Part shown: one piece after another, positions 24,955 through 32,000 of the stretch
Numbering within the stretch: position 1 is the stretch's first letter
Layout: every line of letters begins with the position of its first letter
NCBI RefSeq assembly: GCF_037902255.1
Contig: NZ_CP147990.1
Coordinates: 3,600,001 to 3,632,000 of the forward strand
Reading direction: 5' to 3'
DNA length: 32,000 bases
Source: Candidatus Electrothrix sp. GW3-4
GTDB lineage: Bacteria; Desulfobacterota; Desulfobulbia; Desulfobulbales; Desulfobulbaceae
Program-made: the position numbers and the translations under genes
Notes under the pieces: generated by a model
Told to the model about the DNA's origin: nothing
Seen by the model: the letters and a program-made list of their open reading frames with translations, nothing else
Database searches by the model: none

Positions 24955-26457
24955 ATGAGCGGAGAGGGGCAAAAAGACTGGCAGGTACAACCGGAGCACT
25001 CCGGCTGCCTGGTCCGTTTGCAGAGGCTGCTCCAACGGGCCGCTGGCTTTCGCCTCCTTATCCTGCAACAGAACCAGCCTCTCTACCGGGACGGGCTGAT
25101 TACCTTCCTGGAAGAAGCGCAAGCGAACAGCCGGGTCCTGAACCTGAAAGAGCTGGGGAGCTTCGAGGCCTTTGAAGCGGAGCTGGAACAGCTCGGTCAG
25201 GGACGGATCCTCCATCTGATCAATCTGGAGGGCCTGGGAACGAAGGAGCAGCAGGCCTTTTTCAAGGGCCTGAACTACCACCGGGAATACATCGCCCGGA
25301 CCTGCTCCGGTATCCTGGCCTTCTGGTTACCCGAGCCCTTGGTGCGGGCAATGGCCTTGCAGGCGGCGGACTTCTGGGTCTGGCGGGAACAGGTGCTGGA
25401 TTTCACCGTGCCTGTTGAGCCGGTGGAACGGATGGCCGTTGACTGGGTCAAAAGCCAGAACATGGAGGTTTCCGGGAAACAGGAGCGGATCAAAGAGATT
25501 GAGGCGTTCTTTGTCCGCCCTGCGGAACAGCCATCGTTAAGTACTGCTGACCTGAAGCAGGAGCTGAGCAATCTCTACCAATCAATCGGCGAGTACACCA
25601 AGGCCAAGCAGGTGCTCAAGGAGGCAATTGCGGAGTACAGAGATCTGGATGAGGCAGCAGCATGCGCTCGTGCCCGCTATAATCTTGCGGTTTTAATATC
25701 AGCTCAAGGGGAGCATGAGCAAGCGCTGAAGATATTCAGGGAGCAGGTTCTCCCGGTCAATGAAAGCCTCAATGACATACGAAACAAAGCCGTCACTATG
25801 GGCAGGATCGCTGATATTCTTCAAGCCAAAGGACAAATCGACAAGGCACTGGAAATTTATCGGGAAGAACAACTCCCGATCTTTGAAAAGATCCAAGATG
25901 TACAAGCACAAGCCGTCACTATGGGCAGGATCGCTGATATTCTTCAAGCCAAAGGACAAATCGACAAGGCACTGGAAATTTATCGGGAAGAACAACTCCC
26001 GATCTTTGAAAAGATCCAAGATGTACGAGAAAAAGCCGTCACTATGGGCAAGATCGCGGACATACTCCAGGCAAGAGGGGAACTCGACAAGGCTCTCGAT
26101 ATTCGCAGGAACGAAGAACTGCCCGTCTATGAACGACTCGGCGATGTGCGAGCAAAAGCCGTCACTATGGGCAAGATCGCGGACATACTCCAGGCAAGAG
26201 GGGAACTCGACAAGGCTCTGGATATTCGCAAGAACGAACAGCTGCCCGTCTATGAACGACTCGGCGATGTACATAGCTTATTGATCGGACGAGCCAATCT
26301 GGCGCTGCTCCTGTTACAAATTAACGCGCAAGACCACAAGGATGAAATCAGGGACCTGCTCCAACTGGCCCTCAGCGACGCCCGACGCCTCAAGCTACCC
26401 AAGGAAACAGCACAGATTAAAAACATTATGAAGGATTTGCAGATCAAACCGCAATAA
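24955..26457 (+). CDS. TPR-like repeat protein with a P-loop-less NTPase-like N-terminal domain
   Basis: It starts on the base after the upstream stop (TAAATG). It carries at least six 41-residue helical repeats (e.g. AVTMGRIADILQAKGQIDKALEIYREEQLPIFEKIQDVQAQ). The N-terminal roughly 150 aa have beta-alpha alternation (FRLLILQQN, ILHLINLEG) but no GxxxxGK[ST]. Confidence 0.7.
   Translation: MSGEGQKDWQVQPEHSGCLVRLQRLLQRAAGFRLLILQQNQPLYRDGLITFLEEAQANSRVLNLKELGSFEAFEAELEQLGQGRILHLINLEGLGTKEQQAFFKGLNYHREYIARTCSGILAFWLPEPLVRAMALQAADFWVWREQVLDFTVPVEPVERMAVDWVKSQNMEVSGKQERIKEIEAFFVRPAEQPSLSTADLKQELSNLYQSIGEYTKAKQVLKEAIAEYRDLDEAAACARARYNLAVLISAQGEHEQALKIFREQVLPVNESLNDIRNKAVTMGRIADILQAKGQIDKALEIYREEQLPIFEKIQDVQAQAVTMGRIADILQAKGQIDKALEIYREEQLPIFEKIQDVREKAVTMGKIADILQARGELDKALDIRRNEELPVYERLGDVRAKAVTMGKIADILQARGELDKALDIRKNEQLPVYERLGDVHSLLIGRANLALLLLQINAQDHKDEIRDLLQLALSDARRLKLPKETAQIKNIMKDLQIKPQ
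25789..26280 (+). repeat. four tandem 123-nt coding repeats (pattern A-A-B-B) inside the TPR gene
   Basis: Units lie at 25789-25911, 25912-26034, 26035-26157 and 26158-26280. A1 and A2 differ only in the last three codons. B1 and B2 differ at a handful of positions plus the unit end. Confidence 0.9.
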
Positions 26458-26480
26458 GCAAGGCATAGATACAAGCAAGC

Positions 26481-26599
26481 AACAGACGTTTGTCAGCAGC
26501 ATTTACACGTCTGAATGCAGCAAACAGACGTTTGTCAGCAGCATTTACACGTCTGAATGCAACAAACAGACGTTTACCAGGAGCATTCAAACATCTGTT
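26481..26599. repeat. three tandem 42-nt intergenic repeats, each a CAGACGT-N17-ACGTCTG hairpin/palindrome
   Basis: Units start at 26481, 26523 and 26565, an exact 42-nt period. Units 1 and 2 are identical over 38 nt; unit 3 is degenerate (aacagacgttt...aaacatctgtt). Confidence 0.85.
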
Positions 26600-26739
26600 A
26601 ACAACTTATCTTCCTTGCCTGGCAAGAAGCATCTCTGCAACATAAACAAGAGCTTCCCTGCGCCGAAAAATAGAAATTCGGCAACAGGCCAAGAAACAAA
26701 ACCGTACACCATCCATCCCCAACCCAAGAGGAAAACACC

Positions 26740-27159
26740 ATGAAAAAACTGTTCTTGCTCTGCACCTGCCTGATTATGCTGGCTGCCTGCGCCAAAGGCC
26801 CACAGCCGGAAGACTTCCCCCAGACCATAGAACTGCGCTCGGGAGCCTCCAAAAAGGTGAGCAACGATCTCACTATCCGTTTAAACACGGTCCTTGAGGA
26901 TTCCCGCTGCCCCACCAACGTGGAATGCGCGTGGGAAGGCAATGCCGAAATCCTGCTGGAACTGAGCGGAGGCGACCTGGAGAGCACGCACCTGAACACC
27001 GGGGGCCAGTTTCCCAAAACAGAGGTCTATAACGGCTATACCATCACCCTGGAGGATCTGAAGCCCCACCCTGTTGAAGGAGAGAGCATCCCGGAGAAGG
27101 ACTACATCGCCGTGCTCTCTGTTGATCTGGAAACGGCCGACGAACCTGCCACGCCCTGA
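26740..27159 (+). CDS. small hypothetical lipoprotein
   Basis: Signal and lipobox MKKLFLLCTCLIMLAAC, plus a Cys pair in EDSRCPTNVECAWEGNA. No family is assigned. Confidence 0.6.
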   Translation: MKKLFLLCTCLIMLAACAKGPQPEDFPQTIELRSGASKKVSNDLTIRLNTVLEDSRCPTNVECAWEGNAEILLELSGGDLESTHLNTGGQFPKTEVYNGYTITLEDLKPHPVEGESIPEKDYIAVLSVDLETADEPATP

Positions 27160-27243
27160 TCGTTTTCCCTCTTTCTCTTCAACCAAAGCCGGGTCTGCCC
27201 TCTGGGCAACCCGGTCGAGCATCGCGCCTTCTCATTTGTCCGC

Positions 27244-28470
27244 ATGAAGACTATGATGAAACCGTCCTCCCCTCTTCTTCTCTGCCTGCTGTTCCTCTGC
27301 GGCCCTGTCTCCCTGCTCCCGGCCCACGAGCTGCATCTCACCAACGGTCGCATCATCAGCACCGATAATGTCTGGCGGGAAGGAGAGACCGTTCATTACA
27401 AACAATACGGTGGCACCGTTTCCATCCCCTATAGCCGGGTCAAGGGCGTGGTCTATGACAGGCCTCAGAAAGAGGAAAGAGAAGCTGCCGAGCAACAGCC
27501 AGAGAAGGAACAGGCTCTCCAAAGGCCGCGGCCATCAATTCCTCCGGAAAAAGATCTGGCTGCACGACTGAACACGGCCCTGTCCCCGAAAACCCCTGTG
27601 GAGCAGGCCAGCATGTGTACCCTTTCCGTCAAGACGGCTGCGGGCTTTGGCTCTGGATTTTTCATCTCTGAGGACGGCTACATCGTCACCAATAAACATG
27701 TAGTTCGGGGCAGTAAAAGGCAATTCCAGCAGGTTAAGACAAGGATTAAGCAAAGCCGAAAGAATCTTCGCCAGTATAAGCGTTCTCTGATCACGGCCAC
27801 AAAACAGTACCAGAGCTATCGAGAGGATCTGGAAGAAAAGAAGGCCCTCTTGGAGAAGCTGAAAAAAGCAGGCCGGATCGACAGGACCTCTTTCAAGGCC
27901 AAGCAACAGGAACTACGGGCCGCAGAACAACGCCTTCAGGGGGAGGAGCAACGATTAGCCAAGGCCCAAAAAAAGTACCGGACAGAGAAACAGCGCTTTG
28001 ATAAGGAGGTGGAGACATTTCATGGTGCCCAACAAAAATTAGCAGGCCAGGGCAGCTTCACCATTATCCTGGCCGACGAAACCGAACTCTACGCCAGCCT
28101 CTATAGAATCAGTGACAAGCATGACTTAGCCTTACTGAAGATCACGGGTTACAAGACGCCATTTCTCCAGCCTGTTCTGGAGAAGGAGCTGGTTCAGGGC
28201 CAGAAGGTCTTTGCTGTGGGCAGCCCTGTGGATCTCAGCCTGAAAAACACCGTGACCTCCGGGGTCCTCTCGGCTTTTCGTGATAATTTCATCCAGACCA
28301 ATGCCCAGATCTATCCCGGCAATAGCGGCGGTCCTTTAATTGACAGCAAGGGGCGGGTGATCGGGATCAACACCAAGAAACTCCTCACCGAACGATTTGA
28401 GGGACTGGGCTTTGCCATACCTATTCGTCTCGTCTTTTCTGAGTTCGAGGATTATCTCCTCCAGGACTAA
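27244..28470 (+). CDS. secreted trypsin-like (S1/HtrA-type, no PDZ) serine protease with a coiled-coil insertion
   Basis: Signal peptide; catalytic His in IVTNKHVV, Asp in HDLALLKI, Ser in GNSGGPLID. About 115 highly charged helical residues lie between the His and the strand preceding the Asp. Confidence 0.8.
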   Translation: MKTMMKPSSPLLLCLLFLCGPVSLLPAHELHLTNGRIISTDNVWREGETVHYKQYGGTVSIPYSRVKGVVYDRPQKEEREAAEQQPEKEQALQRPRPSIPPEKDLAARLNTALSPKTPVEQASMCTLSVKTAAGFGSGFFISEDGYIVTNKHVVRGSKRQFQQVKTRIKQSRKNLRQYKRSLITATKQYQSYREDLEEKKALLEKLKKAGRIDRTSFKAKQQELRAAEQRLQGEEQRLAKAQKKYRTEKQRFDKEVETFHGAQQKLAGQGSFTIILADETELYASLYRISDKHDLALLKITGYKTPFLQPVLEKELVQGQKVFAVGSPVDLSLKNTVTSGVLSAFRDNFIQTNAQIYPGNSGGPLIDSKGRVIGINTKKLLTERFEGLGFAIPIRLVFSEFEDYLLQD

Positions 28471-28595
28471 CAGACGAGAAGAGCGATCTCCCCGAGGGAA
28501 ATGCCTCGCCGAAAAAAATACCTCACCAACGCCTCTATCTCAAACAAGATACGCTCCGGCCCCTTCCTTGTAATTCAAATTATCAAACTTATTTC

Positions 28596-28624
28596 TTGAC
28601 ACATTATACAGCATTATGGAGAAT
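28596..28624 (+). promoter_or_regulatory. sigma70-like promoter candidate for ompW
   Basis: TTGACA (28596-28601), a 17-nt spacer, then GAGAAT (28619-28624). Confidence 0.35.
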
Positions 28625-28692
28625 CAAAAAAGGTAGATAATATCGGCTAGGTGTCGCCAGATCAACAAGACCACTTCATGGGGAGGAGAATT

Positions 28693-29415
28693 ATGCATGT
28701 GTTAAGTAAAGTTGGAGTTACTGCGTTCGTGCTTGGGATGTCCTGCGGAATGAGCACGAACACCATGGCCGCGCATAGCGCAGGCGATGTGTTACTCCGC
28801 GTTGGGGCAGTAACAGTTATGCCGGACACGGAGAGCGGAACAGTTTCCGGTCTGCCCGACGGTGTTGATAATGCCCGGGTTGATGTCGAAGACAATACCC
28901 AACTCAGTTTGACAGCCACCTATATGCTGACCAATAATTTGGGCATTGAACTGCTCGGGGCAACCCCTTTCACCCACGATATCGTTGGGGAGGGGGATAT
29001 TGAGGGCGTTGCAGTAGGTGAGACCCAACACCTGCCGCCCACAGTCTCTCTGCAGTATCACTTTGGCCGTGAAGATGGGGTCTTCAACCCCTACGTTGGC
29101 GTTGGCCTCAACGTCACAGTCTTCTTCTCTGAAGAGGTAGATGGTCAACTTATTGACACCCTGAACACCCTCCCAACCATTGCAGCTCTCGGTGGAGTCA
29201 ACTCCGTTGACATGGAGCTGGACCCCTCAGTGGGTCTTGCAGCCCAGGCCGGTGTTGATGTAAAGGTTGCTGAGAATTGGTATGTCAATGCCGCTGTATG
29301 GTACATTGATATCGGCACAACTGCTGAACTCACCACTGATCTCGGGACCACTCACGAGGTCGATGTAGATATTGATCCTTGGGTCGTTAATGTAGCTGTT
29401 GCCTATAAATTCTGA
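28693..29415 (+). CDS. ompW: OmpW-family outer membrane beta-barrel protein
   Basis: Signal peptide ending MAAHS; GDVLLRVGAVTVMPD; alternating beta-strand pattern; C-terminal VAVAYKF. ATG 28693 is preceded by GGAGGAG. Confidence 0.8.
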   Translation: MHVLSKVGVTAFVLGMSCGMSTNTMAAHSAGDVLLRVGAVTVMPDTESGTVSGLPDGVDNARVDVEDNTQLSLTATYMLTNNLGIELLGATPFTHDIVGEGDIEGVAVGETQHLPPTVSLQYHFGREDGVFNPYVGVGLNVTVFFSEEVDGQLIDTLNTLPTIAALGGVNSVDMELDPSVGLAAQAGVDVKVAENWYVNAAVWYIDIGTTAELTTDLGTTHEVDVDIDPWVVNVAVAYKF

Positions 29416-29920
29416 TAGAATTCTGATATCCCTCCTGCCCTCGGCTGGTTGTTCTCAGTTGGGGGCACCTTCTCTCAAACCTCTCTCAACAACCACTTGC
29501 AGGTAGCAGAACGCATTACTGAAGATCGGTCAGTCTCCTTCCGGTCCAGTAGGGCAGAGCGCCAGCCAACACTTCACATGTGGCTGAAGAACTTGCTCGT
29601 ACCTGCCTCTATGAATGGAAAATCTGGATATCAACAGAATCAGCTATAAACCACAAATTTAAGATTGCTGGTTGAAAGCGCAATACGAAGAACACGCAGA
29701 GTGGTCAACCTTAAGATTGTTCGTCTCAAGGGTGCTTCGCTGTTTTGGTTGAAGGAAACCGGCGGAGGCTATGCTGTATTTACAGGCGCACTATAAAGCA
29801 GGTCGATGGAAGATGCTGAGAGAGCATATTTTTCACTCAATGCTGCAAGTGTTATTGACCAACCTTTATGGAATGCTCCCCTTAGAAGTTTTGTCCCGGC
29901 TGCGACCGGGGAGCACTTAT

Positions 29921-29960
29921 AAAAAAAATCAATCAAGAGCGCAGGGATGCACTCTTGATT
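29921..29960 (-). terminator. Rho-independent terminator of the cold-shock gene
   Basis: The 9-bp stem aatcaagag/ctcttgatt (29931-29939 / 29952-29960) is followed on the minus strand by T8 (29921-29928). A second 9-bp hairpin sits at 29966-29997. Confidence 0.7.
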
Positions 29961-30017
29961 CAACGAATCCTCTCTCTTTACATAATCCAGAGAGGATCTC
30001 ATCCGAGCAACAGGACG

Positions 30018-30218
30018 TTACTGAGTAATAACATTTTCTGCGGCAGGTCCCTTGGCACCGTCAACAACATCAAAAATTACTCGCTGACCTTCCTGCAGGC
30101 TCCTAAATCCCTCGGCTTTAATTGCTGAATGATGGACAAAAACATCTGAACCGCCATCTTGCTCAATAAATCCGAATCCTTTGGAATCGTTAAACCATTT
30201 TACTGTTCCTTCTGCCAT
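30018..30218 (-). CDS. cold-shock protein, CspA family
   Basis: [33 protein letters not shown]... carries the RNP1/RNP2 motifs. An AGGAG SD precedes ATG 30218; the ORF-track upstream extension is spurious. Confidence 0.92.
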   Translation of the reverse strand: MAEGTVKWFNDSKGFGFIEQDGGSDVFVHHSAIKAEGFRSLQEGQRVIFDVVDGAKGPAAENVITQ

Positions 30219-30530
30219 TGTGACACTCCTTGCTACGCGGTTTCTTTGCGAAACCATTTTGAAAAAAAGCGGATTCCTGTTACGAAGTCCTGGTGCAGCC
30301 TGCATCCCAGCCTGCGGTTTACAATATTACATACAGCCGACGCCGCAATAAATCAGTACTGATGTATTATCATATATAAACTACGACAGAAAAAAACAAG
30401 CATTTTTTCACGTAACCCACCAGAAACATAGGGAAGAATAAACGAGATCCGAGTTTTTCCCCTGTGCCACAAGAAAATTTCAGCGCCCTAAAAAAAGAAA
30501 GAGCAGGCATTTTTCCGCCCCCTCTCCTCC

Positions 30531-32000
30531 TTACTCCATCTGATCCGCCCGCCGGGCAGCAGCAGGCTCCACAGCTTCCCTCTCTAACCAAACACCTGTC
30601 TGCAAGCGGCCCACCACCAGACGCCAGTCGTTCACGATAGCTAATAGACTGGGGATCAAGACCAACGTCAAGATAGTGGACCCCACAACCCCTCCTGCCA
30701 GGGACAGGGCCATAGGAATAAGAAACTGGGCTTGCATATCAGTCTCCAAAATCAATGGCGCAAGACCGCCCACAGTGGAAACAGAAGTGAGAAGGATAGC
30801 TCGAAAACGGCGTACTCCCCCCTTGATCACAGCATTATGAAAAGACATACCCTCGGCCAAATTTTCATTAATGCGCTCAATAAGGACAATCGCATCGTTG
30901 ACGACCACCCCGGTCAAGGCGACCATGCCGAACATGGACATCATAGAAAGGTCATAGCCCAGGAGGAGATGGGCAAGAATAGCGCCAATAATACCAAAAG
31001 GGATACTCACCAGAATAATCAACGGTTGAATATAAGAACGAAAGATAGTGGCGACAATGACAAAAACCCCCATTATGGCCAAGGGCACGCTCACCTTGAG
31101 CGGAGCAAAAGACTCCCGCATATTTTTCTTTTCTCCCTGAGTGGAGACGTGCAGCCCTGGATAGCGCCCCTCAAGCTGCTCAAAGAATGGTACCAAGTCA
31201 GCAAAGACATCCTGAGCATTAGCCCGTTTCGGATCGACATCTGCGGTAACCGCTACCCTACGCAGGCCATCCGTACGGGTAATAGCAGAAAATCCCGGTC
31301 CAAACTCTGTATCAGCGACCGAGAGCAAGGGCACCTCCTTCCCAGTGGAAGTACGAATACGCATCTGCTGAAAATCCGTCACCCGGCTCCGTTCACCCTG
31401 GGTATAGCGCACCTTGACCCGAATATCATCCTGCCCCCGCTGCACCCGAAAGGCCTCTTTTCCATAAAAGCCCGCGTTGACCTGTTGGGCCAAATCCTCA
31501 ACAGTCAGACCGAGCGTCCTGGCTTCCGGCTTCAGGGTCAGGCGAAATTCATTTTTCCCAGGAGCATCATCAGAACGTATCTGAACAACCCCATTATAGC
31601 TGCGCAATTTCTTCTGGAGCTGCTCTGAAGCGGCAATAATATCCGGCATCCTGTTCCCCTGAATCCAGAACTCCAGCTCTGCACCGCCAGGCCCGTGCGA
31701 CTCCCCCTCAAAGGTCAATGATTTTGCTCCAGCAATAGAGCCAATCTCCTCTTCCCAGGCAATCATAAGCTCATTGGAATGTACCCCACGTTTTTCCTCG
31801 GGAAGCAGGATAAACTGGACCGAGCCCAGATGCGCTCCTTTTTGCCCCCGTTGCTGAGAACTCAGGCTCTGACCAACCAGGATCATTCGCTGTTCAATCA
31901 AGGGCTCACCACTCACTGTGTGGGTGCGCCCGGCGACCTGAAGAAAGGCCTGCTCAATTTTTTTCAAGGCCCGATGGGTGGCATCTACCGGGGTTCCTTC
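30531..32000 (-). CDS. RND efflux transporter permease subunit, C-terminal part (5' end lies outside the window)
   Basis: The frame stays open to the window edge. The periplasmic porter region plus the TM7-12 bundle, with MFGMVALTGVVVNDAIVLIERINE, is typical of AcrB-type RND pumps. Confidence 0.85.
   Translation of the reverse strand, partial: EGTPVDATHRALKKIEQAFLQVAGRTHTVSGEPLIEQRMILVGQSLSSQQRGQKGAHLGSVQFILLPEEKRGVHSNELMIAWEEEIGSIAGAKSLTFEGESHGPGGAELEFWIQGNRMPDIIAASEQLQKKLRSYNGVVQIRSDDAPGKNEFRLTLKPEARTLGLTVEDLAQQVNAGFYGKEAFRVQRGQDDIRVKVRYTQGERSRVTDFQQMRIRTSTGKEVPLLSVADTEFGPGFSAITRTDGLRRVAVTADVDPKRANAQDVFADLVPFFEQLEGRYPGLHVSTQGEKKNMRESFAPLKVSVPLAIMGVFVIVATIFRSYIQPLIILVSIPFGIIGAILAHLLLGYDLSMMSMFGMVALTGVVVNDAIVLIERINENLAEGMSFHNAVIKGGVRRFRAILLTSVSTVGGLAPLILETDMQAQFLIPMALSLAGGVVGSTILTLVLIPSLLAIVNDWRLVVGRLQTGVWLEREAVEPAAARRADQME

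Noticed and set aside
24130-25281. A 383-aa ORF on the minus strand spanning the ATPase/TPR junction
   Set aside because: It is antisense to two ORFs that carry recognisable motifs (P-loop, repeats). Its composition is monotonous (L/Q/E/P-rich), with no motif or SD. It is a typical shadow ORF.
25789-26599. Possible CRISPR array (regular repeats of 123 nt and 42 nt)
   Set aside because: The 123-nt units are in-frame coding repeats of a TPR-like protein. The 42-nt units are directly abutting with no unique spacers and number only three. No cas genes are present.
29499-29606. Possible SRP (4.5S) RNA, because the minus strand reads …ctggaccGGAAggagac…, reminiscent of the helix-8 GGAA tetraloop region
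   Set aside because: The closing base pairs do not form (A-A where a Watson-Crick pair is required), and the conserved AGCA/GGA symmetric-loop context is absent.
30732-31628. A 298-aa ORF on the plus strand
   Set aside because: It is antisense to the RND permease, whose TM and porter motifs are clear.

Overview
This 32 kb window comes from a diderm (Gram-negative) chromosome and is mostly tightly packed housekeeping genes. In order, these are: a partial fhs; a membrane metallophosphoesterase split by a T9 homopolymer; and an orphan GspE/PilB-type ATPase with a C-terminal cNMP-binding domain, translationally coupled to a GT2. Next comes a minus-strand LPS-core/lipid A export operon (msbA, an O-antigen-ligase/GT fusion, a GT9 heptosyltransferase, a GT2). 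After that come a BamE-like lipoprotein, pcm and a yqaA-like gene; tRNA(CAT); Nif3, a COG1579 Zn-ribbon protein and RNase H, followed directly by type-A RNase P RNA (rnpB); ispDF; a secreted low-complexity protein; and cbiA. The window ends with ompW, a cold-shock gene and a partial RND pump. The block between cbiA and ompW (about 21.1-28.5 kb) has no confidently assignable functions and carries nearly all the unusual structure. It holds two paralogous 6-TM membrane genes with a mosaic identity pattern, flanking a secreted R/G/Y/D-repeat mini-protein whose repeat continues past two in-frame stops. It also holds a divergently transcribed pair: an ORC/Cdc6-like P-loop ATPase abutting (TAAATG) a protein with a P-loop-less NTPase-like N-domain and recently amplified 41-residue TPR-like repeats. 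The block ends with three phased 42-nt hairpin repeats, then a lipoprotein and a periplasmic trypsin-like protease with a roughly 115-residue coiled-coil insertion between its catalytic His and Asp. My best candidate for an undescribed system is the ATPase + TPR pair, possibly together with its neighbours. All family assignments rest on motifs recognised by eye; no database search was run.
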